The notes under the pieces were generated by a model. It did no database searches. It was not told the origin of the DNA and saw only the letters and a program-made list of their open reading frames with translations. A stretch of 46,365 nt of DNA from a virus (taxonomy: Duplodnaviria > Caudoviricetes): positions 1 to 46,365 of the IMG/VR virus record IMGVR_UViG_3300030207_001042; one strand, written 5' to 3'. Both the position numbers and the translations under genes were made by a program. Below, in pieces: positions 17,301-26,865 of this stretch (within the stretch, counting starts at the first letter, position 1; each line of letters opens with the position of its first letter).

Positions 17301-20300
17301 CAGCAAACTGCACTACTTCCTCCATGATTCCCGGAAGAGTAGCTTTGGTAACTATATCAATTTTTCTTATTAACTTCATTACCTCAGGTTTAGTATACAC
17401 ATCCTTAGGTAAAGTCTGTCTCATAAAATTACGCAACTGAGTTTTCACCTCACTTAAAGTTTTTCTACCTCTAGCAAAGTTGGTTAACATACTTCTTGTT
17501 CGAGACAACTGCGCTCTCATATCTACAGTGGGTTGTTGACCTAATATTGATTGAATCTCTGTTTGCATTTTTGCTTGCTGCTCTGATAAACCTCTACGTT
17601 TTTTTCCTTTACGCGAGTCCGTATAAACATCAGCTTCTGATTTGTATTCAGGTTGTTGTTCTAAAAATTTAATTACCCTATCCATCATTTGAGCTTGAGT
17701 CAAAGGTTTTTTTCTAGATTTATTTCTTTGCATTAGACTCATAGCATACCTAGATACTTTTTTATATAACCTTATTCCTTTAGCTGAGTTCTTATCTTTC
17801 TTAAGGTTAGTAAAAGAATCCGGTATTAAGGCCTTCTCTCCTTTTTTTATAATAGCATCAACTTCTTTTTTGGAAAACTTTTGCACTTTAGTTAAGTACT
17901 CACTAATTTCTTTGTCAGTAAAGTTGTTATCCCTAGCGTCTTTGATGTATTGTTTTATTTTAGACTCTCTTTCTTGAGGAGTCATTTCTTTTTTAGAGGG
18001 AGCGGTTTTATCAATACCTGTTTCCTTTTGTCCTTGGGTATATATTTTTCCTGTGTTTTTGTTTCTTAAATAATAATTACCATTTCGTGCAACAAATACT
18101 TTATACCCCGTTCCTTCTATTAACTTTTCTAGAGCAGCTTTAGATGTTGCGTTTTTATCTATAAACTTTCTTCCGCTCATTCTTACCATTCCTAAAACTT
18201 TATTAATTGATTTCTTTTTAGGAGTAGGTGTTTCTACTTTAGGTTCTTTAGGTTTAGTAGTTTCAGGAGCAGACTCCTCAAACATATCGAGTTGAGTTTT
18301 ATCTGTTTCTGTGGTAGTTGTTTTTTTATCTTTCGTTTCCGGAGTAGGTGTAACAATGGCATCCACATCACTTTGCTCGACCGTTTTTCCTTCTGTTAAA
18401 GAAGTAATAATAGCATTTAAAGATTCACCTATTTGCTTTTCATTTGAAGTTAAACTTTCTAACGGCAAAGCTTTACCTAAACCTAACTTTTGAAATACCT
18501 TTTTAATAAATTCAACTATCTGATTCTGTGCGGGGACAGGTAAAGTATTAAAGTCTTTGGAAAATTCGGTAATTATTTCTGCAACAAACTCTTCGTTTTG
18601 AGAATTTTTTTCATAGTAGGTAAGGTACTTATCTATCTTATCTAATAAAGATTTATATTTATCAGGGTTTTTAGATGCCTTAGCGTCCGCGTTTAATATT
18701 TTTTTAATAGCTTCTACTGTGGGTTTTAACGATTGAGAAATAGAATTAATTTTTATAACCCCATTTCTTAACATAGCATGGAAGGCTTCATGAGCAACGG
18801 TCCCCGGAGTAGCTGCATCTAAGTTTATATAAATATCATTTGTAACGCTATTATAAGTTCCTAAAATATTTCTAACTCTCCCACTTGCTTTTTGAAACTC
18901 GGCTTTATTTTGCGCTAAAATAATATTAACACCGGGTGCAATTTTTTTAATAGCCTTTGCTACTTTAATAGCATTATTTATTACAGTTTCTTTTATTTTA
19001 GCCGACACAGGGTTTTTTTCTACAGCTCCTTTAACATCAGGGTCTGTAGTTAAATACACCCCATCCCCTACTTGAGTTCCTTTTATAGTAACCTTTCCTC
19101 CACTGTAGTTGTCATTAGTAATCTCTAATACCCCTTCTGTTTCTTTTACTGTATCTCTTCCTTTACTAGGTGTGGTTTCGTCAGTAGTCTCCGTATCTAC
19201 TTGAACGTCTTCTTGCACTTGTTGCTCAGGGGTTAAGTTAACGTTTATCTGTGTGGTAGTAACTTGACCTGTGGCGTTATTAGTTCTTTCTACTCTTACT
19301 ATCGCCTTACCTGATTCGTCTACACTTTCAATAACAACATTATCATTTTCATCTATACTTCCTGTTTCGTCTAATATTTCTTGCTTTTGATTATCAGATA
19401 ACGGGGACTCTTCTATAGATACTGATTCAGTAATCGGGGTAAATGTTTGCGGCTTAACGTCTTCTGCTTTTTTTCCTTTTCCTTTTCCCTCTTCTACTAT
19501 ATCCGTTATAGTTCCTATAGCGGAATCTTCTCCTCCTGCTTTATCTTTTTCTTCAAAGAAAGTTTCAATATCTGTTTTTTCCTTTGGTTTATATTTACCC
19601 TCAGATATTTCATTTATTTCTTTTTCAATTTTTTTAAGTTTGTTTTTCCCGCTTTGAGTTTCATTATTTACTAGCTTAGTTCTTTCTAACTCAAGTTCAA
19701 TTAACCTTTCTCTAGCCTCACCTTTAATCTCCGGGTCTATATCTTTCTCAATATAATATCTGTCAATAGCATTGGTTCGCTTTTCTTTAGCAACCCCTAA
19801 TAAAGTTTTATCATTTTTAATAGTAATATTAGCTTCAGCTATTTGTTTGTCAGTAGCCGTTCTTAGAAACTTAGCCATTTCTCTACCCGACACCTCTCCA
19901 CCGTTTAGTTTATAAGTTGGCGCTTGATACAAGCCTATCCCTACAGATAAAGGCGCGGTAGACAATCCGGCCGTACCCTCAAAAAGAATTTCTTTAGCAT
20001 CTAGTTTTTGTCCTGCCGCTATCATACCGGTCATCTCACCTAAGGCTCCCCCTAATGATTCTACTCCCGTACCCGCGGTGGCAGCTAACAATTTACTACC
20101 GGCTAGTTTGGCGGTACTTTTAGTAGCCAAACTCGCCATACCAAAAGTTATAGCGTCTATAGTACCTATAGCCAACCCTCTTGCTATCGCCTTATTTCTA
20201 AAACTGTTCATCCTTTCTTCATCATCTAACAGTTCTTTAAGTTTATTCATATCATTGGCATCATCCCCAAGTTCAGCATTAAGTAGTTCTGCATAAGTTG

Positions 20301-21912
20301 CACCACTTTCTAAAGTAGTTCCAAGCGCTCCAATTCCTAGCCGTGCTCCTATAGCAAGTCCCCCCAAAAAACCTCCGATAGCACCCGGTACTGCACCAAC
20401 ACCCGCGGCGGCAGAACCCGTTACTGCTCCCGCTGCGGTAGTAGTTGCCACTGTAGTAGCAAATGTACTTAGACCGGCAATCACAGGAGCTTCAGTTAAC
20501 ATAGCTCCTACACTACTTGTAAATACTTCGGGTAGTACAGTAGGTGCGTTTAAAAACCCCATGACAAAACCTCCAATACCACCACCATATTTTTCGTAAG
20601 CTTCATTAAAGGCAATCATTTCATCAGACTCCCCGTACTGTTTCATTCTTTCGTTAGCTATCATGAAGTCTTGAAGTTCTTCATCAGTAGGGGGCTTTCC
20701 TCCTAAATTCATTAGAGCTAAAGCCTCATCTACACTAGCTCCCCTTGCTTGACCTTTGACCCATGCTCTCTGCATATCTCCTAAGAAATCTGTTAAGAAC
20801 CATTTGCCAAATAAATTTTCTACCCCTGTGTTTTCTTCTCCCGTTACTCTTCTTCTTTGTTTGGTTAACTCATCAGCTTCCTCTCCTAATTCTTTTTCTT
20901 GGTCTTTAAATTTTTGTTCTCGCTGAAGGAGTTCTTCTTTTTTTAAATTTAAAGCCTCAATCTTTTCTCTGTTTCTAACTTTATCTGCGGCGCTCATCCT
21001 AGAAATTTTAAAAAGCTCATCTTCTAGTTCATTAACTTCTCTTTCAAACTCTCCTAATTCTTGGCTAAACTTTAATTTACCTCTACTAAATTCTTTTTCT
21101 CTATTTTCTAATATAGTTTTTTCACTAATATTTCTATTTCTTTTTACGTCCGCGGTCGCGGTTTTATCCATAAAGGTTTGTAACTTTTGCAACTCTCTTT
21201 CTCTAGCCTCAAGGCCCCCAAAAGGTTGTAAGTCTATACGTATCATTTCACGGTTACCATTCTCATCTTCAGGTGCGTAAACTTTCATGGCGTCGGCAAA
21301 AATAGTAGCTTGCTCAAAATCATATCCATATTCTTCAAACATAGAGTTTAAATAAGGAACAGCATTTTCTTCTGCTTTATTTATTAGCTGAGGGTTAAGA
21401 AGTTTTAAGGAATTATTAAAACGCTTTTGATTACCCATAGCAATAGCTTCATCAACTTCTTCTACGGGCATGTTGTCGGGAATGGTTTCTCCTACTGCAA
21501 TTTTAAATTGCTCATTAATAGTGGGTTGAAAAGGGGCGACTTCTTGTATTTCTTCTATAGACTTAATCTCCAACTCACCGGGAATAGTTTCTTTTCTACT
21601 TGCTTCTATTTTATTATTGAATGGTGATTCCAATGAAGAATCTTCCGAGTCGGATTCCATATTCCCCTCCGACTTTTTTTCTTCTAATTTTTTTAGGATA
21701 GTTTGTTTGGCCAAATCTAAACCACCGCCTTGAGTTTTTTTTTTTAGGAAGCGTTCTTTAAACTCCTCAAATGAACCTTTGAATTTCTTATCTCGTTTGA
21801 GAACGTTGAAGACTTTTTCTTGATACTTAACATCATTAAGTTTTTTATCTAACTCCTCAAGCTCTTTACTAAAGTAATTTTCTTTTATTAATAATTCGTG
21901 TAACTCTTCCAT
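14386..21912 (-). CDS. Giant putative internal virion/ejection protein with zincin-like HExxH motif
   Basis: 2508 aa; last large gene of the tail module; Gly/Ala hydrophobic segment; TVAHEAFH. Confidence 0.7.
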   Translation of the reverse strand: MEELHELLIKENYFSKELEELDKKLNDVKYQEKVFNVLKRDKKFKGSFEEFKERFLKKKTQGGGLDLAKQTILKKLEEKKSEGNMESDSEDSSLESPFNNKIEASRKETIPGELEIKSIEEIQEVAPFQPTINEQFKIAVGETIPDNMPVEEVDEAIAMGNQKRFNNSLKLLNPQLINKAEENAVPYLNSMFEEYGYDFEQATIFADAMKVYAPEDENGNREMIRIDLQPFGGLEARERELQKLQTFMDKTATADVKRNRNISEKTILENREKEFSRGKLKFSQELGEFEREVNELEDELFKISRMSAADKVRNREKIEALNLKKEELLQREQKFKDQEKELGEEADELTKQRRRVTGEENTGVENLFGKWFLTDFLGDMQRAWVKGQARGASVDEALALMNLGGKPPTDEELQDFMIANERMKQYGESDEMIAFNEAYEKYGGGIGGFVMGFLNAPTVLPEVFTSSVGAMLTEAPVIAGLSTFATTVATTTAAGAVTGSAAAGVGAVPGAIGGFLGGLAIGARLGIGALGTTLESGATYAELLNAELGDDANDMNKLKELLDDEERMNSFRNKAIARGLAIGTIDAITFGMASLATKSTAKLAGSKLLAATAGTGVESLGGALGEMTGMIAAGQKLDAKEILFEGTAGLSTAPLSVGIGLYQAPTYKLNGGEVSGREMAKFLRTATDKQIAEANITIKNDKTLLGVAKEKRTNAIDRYYIEKDIDPEIKGEARERLIELELERTKLVNNETQSGKNKLKKIEKEINEISEGKYKPKEKTDIETFFEEKDKAGGEDSAIGTITDIVEEGKGKGKKAEDVKPQTFTPITESVSIEESPLSDNQKQEILDETGSIDENDNVVIESVDESGKAIVRVERTNNATGQVTTTQINVNLTPEQQVQEDVQVDTETTDETTPSKGRDTVKETEGVLEITNDNYSGGKVTIKGTQVGDGVYLTTDPDVKGAVEKNPVSAKIKETVINNAIKVAKAIKKIAPGVNIILAQNKAEFQKASGRVRNILGTYNSVTNDIYINLDAATPGTVAHEAFHAMLRNGVIKINSISQSLKPTVEAIKKILNADAKASKNPDKYKSLLDKIDKYLTYYEKNSQNEEFVAEIITEFSKDFNTLPVPAQNQIVEFIKKVFQKLGLGKALPLESLTSNEKQIGESLNAIITSLTEGKTVEQSDVDAIVTPTPETKDKKTTTTETDKTQLDMFEESAPETTKPKEPKVETPTPKKKSINKVLGMVRMSGRKFIDKNATSKAALEKLIEGTGYKVFVARNGNYYLRNKNTGKIYTQGQKETGIDKTAPSKKEMTPQERESKIKQYIKDARDNNFTDKEISEYLTKVQKFSKKEVDAIIKKGEKALIPDSFTNLKKDKNSAKGIRLYKKVSRYAMSLMQRNKSRKKPLTQAQMMDRVIKFLEQQPEYKSEADVYTDSRKGKKRRGLSEQQAKMQTEIQSILGQQPTVDMRAQLSRTRSMLTNFARGRKTLSEVKTQLRNFMRQTLPKDVYTKPEVMKLIRKIDIVTKATLPGIMEEVVQFAAKKTVQSLQTEVRNKINGKYSVIQGGKKKSYNVDVEAQEQLEKIKNSTLKENATPEEIGAANQKLMEEYDKLAQKETLTESDMNSMVALEVAMELNNIGLMENTNPNKAQSLLNVNSQLDELIFGGKERLREELQAKHEEYKRNTEIAYKEITGEDVDLNTEEGRAKLKKAVSKADAKRQADAAKPRIVRVVKGLLNSVGNFFARGMDVSTLMNQISVTPGEMFGGKLQELVTDKIDDATRDFKARKMINQEIIREKLKELFGPSWKKKARKMKNVFSSEIYLDAEAVKKARDEYNKNKNSETKKKLKQVIEDNSIPDVTSTTQNKLYYLYNQFKDPANHPAFENMWGPDYKRIAGEIEAALDTETKQFADWQVNEFFPSLYDYYNKKYKEIYRTNLPWNENYAGRIYRDGVEYQPLDLLGTDNVIQTSVGAASQKVRVKTNAKIAGMDGTDVLLTYLNDMEWFSAMASPLKDVDKMLLNPEISKLIKSIHGDTVFSLIKNQIEKLASKGIRSGIGAQTVNLFTDAFIVSKLGLNPNVMLKQLTSFITYANDIGPVQWIKYAPKTKSEVLQAWNEIRENSVYLKDRKYNSITKTIESYSETGMESIVPVSAKDWMVNFLMYTTKFGDRAAIYLGGMSNYRYYKAEFKRKNPNATEQQAIDYAVRKFERDTKRTQQSSDLQDKDYFQTANPIVRPFNMFLTTPKQYLRKEMQAITNMYRKILSGGKKGKGTWTQNLRTFALYHAVMPVFFQYVALGLPGLLREKREEDDEDLIRAAIIGNLNGLFIAGELIQSLGNYVLGKPWAEDVGRTIPIYDKVEELIKTKNKIDLIKGYKDYGKANKKGREYQERIDKLTKDFYLDLVEFSGLPANQVSRFFENYSEVLEGGLPPNEVILKLFNYSEYVIKGPKKKEEKKKDIKLTKEELRRYRPQEYYRQQQEERRKKNSPQNREDERRKEVEKRRREEQLRRIYNR

Positions 21913-21915
21913 TGT

Positions 21916-23841
21916 TTAATCTAATTCTCTTTGGTTTAATACTTCATACAACTGTTGCCATAAACTTGCTCCATCGTCATCAAACTCTAGCGCATGTGTT
22001 TTTCCGTTTACTTTAAAGACTAGTATATTTGTGCCTTTTCGCACGTCTATATAACCTTTACCTACCCAATCACCTTTATTTTTTTCAGTTATTGTACCAC
22101 CGGTATAACCAAGTTCATTTTTTATTTTATTAGCTTCCTCTACAGTAGGGGTATAAGTTCCTCCTGAAATTCCCGCTCCACGTAATTGGTCTATAGTTTT
22201 ATTAATAAGATTAGCGGCATCAATAAAATTATCTTTACCTGTAGGAAGAGCTGCAAATAACTCCTCATAAGTTTCCCCGCTATTACTTTGCATGTCTAGT
22301 GATATATCATAATCTTCATACTCAGTATCCCCTCTTTCCCACGATTGTTGGCTTGGGTCAAACTCATCAAACGTTAGTAAGTCTTTATTGTAATCATTTA
22401 AACTTCCCTCAAAACTTGTACCTTTAGTATTTACCTCTTCATAAAATTCTTTTATAATATCATTTGCTGACCTAGGGGTGTTATCATCATTGTAATAATC
22501 AATCGTAGTAGTCTGTAGTTGTCCATCTTTATTGTACTCTATCACTACAGAAACAAGTTGACCATTCTCAAATACTCTATCGATGTTGGTAATATCTCCT
22601 TTATTTCCATCATATCTATTAACAATAGGGGTAATAGCTGACTCAAACTCCTCTTCAGTTCCCCCTATAATATTTTGAGCGTTAAGTATTCTAGATATGT
22701 TTAAATTTTTCTTTTCCTTAACTGTTCTGTTTCCTGTTGGATTAGTGTTATTGCTTTTGGGGGCAAACTTTTGCGCAGCCTCTTCTTTCTTTTGAACCAT
22801 TACTTCTATTTTGGTGTTTAACCAATCTGCCGCTATCTCTTCTTGTTCTTCTGTTAATTGAGGAACTAAGCTACCGTCATCATTTTCTTTTACTAATATA
22901 AACCTTACATCACTAGCAGCTTCGTCAGGGTCTTGAGTAAATTGCCAATCTATTTTTTCTGTGCCTATTACTATAGGGTTATTATTACTATCTAAAACAA
23001 GGTCCCCATTTTCATCTCTTTCATAAATACGTCTTTCTACCCCATTGTCCGCTAAAATACTTCCCGCATCCATACCACTTGTTAAAACACTTTGTATCAT
23101 GTCGTTTACTGCGTTTGAATATTCAGGGTTTCTTCTTAAATCATCAATAGTTTTTATTGTTTTATTATTTATAGCTTCTTGATATACGTCTGCAAGATAA
23201 GATACATCTTCGGCGAGAGCTAAATCTACATCAAACTTATCTATAAGCTGAGTCATTCTAACTTTTAAACTATCAATGGTGGTGTGGTCGTTAGCGTTTT
23301 CACTCATTCTTTCTACCCCGTCATCATCAATATAAGTCTTTGCAAGAGTAAGTTTAAAGTTAGTAGGGTTAATAAATATTTTACTGTTTTTAATATTACC
23401 AAAAGACTCTACTCTTTCCATCATTTCTGTAGAAAATGCAGAGAGTTGGTCTGCATCCATTTTTTCTTTAGCTACCATAAAGTCTTCGTTCCAACTTTTA
23501 AGAATATTAAAGGTATTATTTACCCCTTCTACCATATTTTGTCTTTGAACTGTATAATCTCTTAGGCTTAAACCCCCTGACTTTAATAATTTATCTTGCA
23601 TTAAATACGCTTTCTGAATATTGTCAGTAAAATCTAAAGTAAACTCTGCCATTCCTTTGTGTTCACTTTCAGGTGCGTTGTCTAAAACAGTTTGAAATTC
23701 TCTTGTAGCCGCATCTATATCTGCTTTCTTTTTTTCACGCAAATTTCTTTGCTCAATAAGCATGTCTGACATGTTCTTGCTTATCTCCGCCCAATTTACT
23801 TGACTACCTGCTTCTCGTTTTACGTATTTATAAAATGTCAT
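21916..23841 (-). CDS. Putative internal virion protein
   Basis: 641 aa; position between the small and giant ejection-like genes. Confidence 0.55.
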   Translation of the reverse strand: MTFYKYVKREAGSQVNWAEISKNMSDMLIEQRNLREKKKADIDAATREFQTVLDNAPESEHKGMAEFTLDFTDNIQKAYLMQDKLLKSGGLSLRDYTVQRQNMVEGVNNTFNILKSWNEDFMVAKEKMDADQLSAFSTEMMERVESFGNIKNSKIFINPTNFKLTLAKTYIDDDGVERMSENANDHTTIDSLKVRMTQLIDKFDVDLALAEDVSYLADVYQEAINNKTIKTIDDLRRNPEYSNAVNDMIQSVLTSGMDAGSILADNGVERRIYERDENGDLVLDSNNNPIVIGTEKIDWQFTQDPDEAASDVRFILVKENDDGSLVPQLTEEQEEIAADWLNTKIEVMVQKKEEAAQKFAPKSNNTNPTGNRTVKEKKNLNISRILNAQNIIGGTEEEFESAITPIVNRYDGNKGDITNIDRVFENGQLVSVVIEYNKDGQLQTTTIDYYNDDNTPRSANDIIKEFYEEVNTKGTSFEGSLNDYNKDLLTFDEFDPSQQSWERGDTEYEDYDISLDMQSNSGETYEELFAALPTGKDNFIDAANLINKTIDQLRGAGISGGTYTPTVEEANKIKNELGYTGGTITEKNKGDWVGKGYIDVRKGTNILVFKVNGKTHALEFDDDGASLWQQLYEVLNQRELD

Positions 23842-23853
23842 AGTTAATTTTTA

Positions 23854-24567
23854 TTACTGATTTACCCCTGCACTTCCATAAAATGCAGCTAATTCTTCTG
23901 CTGAAAATGGAGTTCTTCTTTTCTTTTGTCCAAATAGTTTTTGTCTCCATCCTTCTGCGCCCCCTCTTCTATCTTCATATAATTGTACTCCTGTTGTAGG
24001 GTCTTTTTTTAACTTTCCATATAAAGGTGCGGCTTCTACAGCTGTTCCAACTGCGCTTGTTAATCCTTGAAAACCTTGTTGTATTGCTGCCGCTCGTCTT
24101 GCTTCTGCGTCAGCGGCCGCTTGTTGAGCGCCCTGAGCTTCAGCTAAATCTAGACTTGATAATTGACTTGCAATATTTGCATCTTCTTGAGCGGTTAGTT
24201 TAGCTAAATCTTGTAGTTGTTTACTTTGTCTAGTAGACACGTCAGCTTGTTGTTGTTGTTGAGCCGCCATAAGTTTACCCGCTACTGCACCGGCTCCTCT
24301 TTCTTCTCCTTCCTGTGCTGCTTCTGTAGCTTGCGCTCCCGCCGACAACAGAGCTTCTCTTTCTCTTTCGTATGGAGTCATATCAATAGATAAACCCTCC
24401 ATATAGTTAACGTCTATTTTTTGTCTAGCGGCAGCCATTGCTTTTTTAGCTTCGGCTTGTGCTTTTTGTTGAAGTTTTTTTTGTTTTGCTGCCTGAATAA
24501 AAGAAGCTCCTGATTGAGCTACCCCCATCCCTATACTTATTGCTGTTAATGTTGTTGCTGCTGCCAT
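23854..24567 (-). CDS. Putative small ejection/pilot protein
   Basis: Hydrophobic N-terminus, Ala/Gln-rich coiled coil; podovirus-like position. Confidence 0.6.
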   Translation of the reverse strand: MAAATTLTAISIGMGVAQSGASFIQAAKQKKLQQKAQAEAKKAMAAARQKIDVNYMEGLSIDMTPYEREREALLSAGAQATEAAQEGEERGAGAVAGKLMAAQQQQQADVSTRQSKQLQDLAKLTAQEDANIASQLSSLDLAEAQGAQQAAADAEARRAAAIQQGFQGLTSAVGTAVEAAPLYGKLKKDPTTGVQLYEDRRGGAEGWRQKLFGQKKRRTPFSAEELAAFYGSAGVNQ

Positions 24568-24568
24568 A

Positions 24569-24979
24569 TTATATTTTTTTTATCATCTCTACTGTGTACG
24601 AATCTCCCTTTTTATAACCTAACTCTTCATACATTTTTATTAAACCTTCATGTTTTAATAAAGCATAACAATATTCTTTTCCTATGTCTTTACACATGTT
24701 GTTTAATGTATCTATTAATAATTTTAAAGCTTGCTTTCTGTTTTTTTTATGAGTATATTCTTTGTTAGAAATAACCCAATCTACCCACGCTACTTTAGAA
24801 TTAGTATTATAAATATATCCTGCGCACACAGGAGTTTCTTTGTCTAAAATCATTATTCCACCCTTTCCATCTTCAGGTAAAAAATCTCTTGGAGGCGGAG
24901 CCCAATCCCAATCTTTCCACCACTTTACTAGAGTTTCATTATAATCCTCGTATTTTAATGGTCTTAAATTAAATATCAT
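24569..24979 (-). CDS. GNAT-like acetyltransferase
   Basis: AWVDWVISN...YEELGY; position between tail and ejection genes. Confidence 0.65.
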   Translation of the reverse strand: MIFNLRPLKYEDYNETLVKWWKDWDWAPPPRDFLPEDGKGGIMILDKETPVCAGYIYNTNSKVAWVDWVISNKEYTHKKNRKQALKLLIDTLNNMCKDIGKEYCYALLKHEGLIKMYEELGYKKGDSYTVEMIKKI

Positions 24980-24986
24980 TAGTACA

Positions 24987-24994
24987 CAAAGATA
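24987..24994 (-). promoter_or_regulatory. -7 promoter element TATCTTTG
   Basis: Consensus match 7 nt upstream of the GNAT start. Confidence 0.6.
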
Positions 24995-25001
24995 CTAAAT
25001 T

Positions 25002-25850
25002 TTAAGGATTACTTTTCATAACCTCCGATTCTACAGCAAATAATTCAGTAGCTGTAGGGGAACTATTTTGAAGTGTAAAAACTAAATAATGACCTAAAGC
25101 TCCATAAGATTCTGCTACTTGATTTTTTATATATGCAAAAAATGCGTTTGCTACACCCGGACCTAAAACAGGAACTGTACCTGCCGTAGCATCCACCGTT
25201 ACTTGTCTTAGGTTTCTGTTAATTAATATTACTGTACCCATTAACGTTAAAGTATTTACTCCAACGTTAGGAGCAACAGGGTTAAGAGCAAAATAAAAAT
25301 TATCTCCTATACTTAAAATAGAATCTATATCCACCCCTACAGGGAACTCTACTACTGAAGCACCTACAGGTCCTGTAATTGTGATGTCGGTTGCCCCTAT
25401 ACCATTATGATTACGTAATGGATATGCAGGAGTAAAGGGGTCAGGAGCTGCAACATTGGTAAATCTTAAATTTGCAAAAAACGCACCTTCTTTTTGTTCA
25501 AACCAATTTGCGTCTATAGTTATACTAGCGCCGGCAGGGTTTATGTCTGTAAAAGCTGTAGCCGACCACGCTTGGTCAGATTCTAAATTTAAGGTTTTAA
25601 ATATTTTATTTTCAAGAGGAGATTGATTAAATACTGCTCTAATAGAAGAAGGAACAGATGCGGGTATTCCACCAAAAGTTGAGCCATAAAAACTATTTCT
25701 TTGAACACTATTACTATTATGTCTCCATAAATTTCCTCCACTAAAACTATAAAAATAATTATTCATTCCTACCATATAGTCCGGTTCGTAACTATAAAAT
25801 GAAGGCCACCCTTGAGTGGTATAACTATATGATAATGTAAAAAAAGACAT
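25002..25850 (-). CDS. Tail/structural protein
   Basis: Beta-rich; GWPSFYSY and KIFKTLNLES resemble the C-terminal part of stabilization/nozzle proteins. Confidence 0.6.
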   Translation of the reverse strand: MSFFTLSYSYTTQGWPSFYSYEPDYMVGMNNYFYSFSGGNLWRHNSNSVQRNSFYGSTFGGIPASVPSSIRAVFNQSPLENKIFKTLNLESDQAWSATAFTDINPAGASITIDANWFEQKEGAFFANLRFTNVAAPDPFTPAYPLRNHNGIGATDITITGPVGASVVEFPVGVDIDSILSIGDNFYFALNPVAPNVGVNTLTLMGTVILINRNLRQVTVDATAGTVPVLGPGVANAFFAYIKNQVAESYGALGHYLVFTLQNSSPTATELFAVESEVMKSNP

Positions 25851-25861
25851 AATTTATATTT

Positions 25862-26848
25862 TTAACAAGTTCCTAATAAATCTATTACCCCATTTGATGA
25901 TACTCTAAACCACTTATCTACTCCGTCATTATATTTATAATACCCTGCTGCGGCATAAGTGTTTGCTCCTGCTACTCCTGAGTCAGGATTTGTAAATACC
26001 CAATCGTGCAATCCCGGAACTCCCGGCGTTCCTGTTACCGGACCTGTATATAAAGTAGTAGTTATAGCTAACCCACATGCGCCTACTTGGGTTGCATCCA
26101 CAACTGAAGTATCGACTCCTGTTAATGCAGCTACACAGAATACTGTTACATTAAAAGCTGTACTATCACAAACTCCATACATTTCTATATCTATATTACT
26201 TGGTCCGGGTGATGTTTTAGGTATATATAATACCCCCGTTCCCGGATTACCGGGTTGGGTTTTTATTTCTGCCGCATTTATACTGTTTATATTTACGGTT
26301 GTTCCCATTGCATTCCATGAGCCGCCAAGATATTCATAAACAGGTAAAGCGTTTAAAGCCGCACAGGGAGCTGCACAGGGTAGTGGTGCGCATCCTGTAC
26401 CCGCACCTGTCAGCCCTGTAAACAAAGGCTCGGTAAGACTAGCTACTACCCCACCCAAGTCATTCATGTACCCGTAGTTTACCGTACTTTGTTTGTTGTA
26501 TATGTTTCCGTTCCATAAAGCTCTAAATCCATCAGGCACACTTAAAACATTCCACTCTATCCTTACTGCTCCTGTAGTACCACCTGTATTTACTGAAACA
26601 AGAAATTGTCCTTTACCACCATTTGCTACTGAAATATTCCCATCACATTCACCACCACATGTAGGGCAATTTTCAGGACTTTGTAAAACCCCTCCTATTT
26701 GCAATCTTACAGTTGTTCCATCAGAATAATACCCATCAGGAGCTATGACCGTAGTACATAAAGTAGGGGGTGCAGGACAAGGCCCAAATACCGTAGTAGC
26801 TGAAGCTAAATTAGGTCCGTCTATTTCATAATTTCCAAAAGTTGCCAT
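25862..26848 (-). CDS. Cys/Gly/Thr-rich structural protein (fibre or appendage)
   Basis: Composition and position. Confidence 0.55.
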   Translation of the reverse strand: MATFGNYEIDGPNLASATTVFGPCPAPPTLCTTVIAPDGYYSDGTTVRLQIGGVLQSPENCPTCGGECDGNISVANGGKGQFLVSVNTGGTTGAVRIEWNVLSVPDGFRALWNGNIYNKQSTVNYGYMNDLGGVVASLTEPLFTGLTGAGTGCAPLPCAAPCAALNALPVYEYLGGSWNAMGTTVNINSINAAEIKTQPGNPGTGVLYIPKTSPGPSNIDIEMYGVCDSTAFNVTVFCVAALTGVDTSVVDATQVGACGLAITTTLYTGPVTGTPGVPGLHDWVFTNPDSGVAGANTYAAAGYYKYNDGVDKWFRVSSNGVIDLLGTC

Positions 26849-26865
26849 AATTTAATTTTTTTAAT

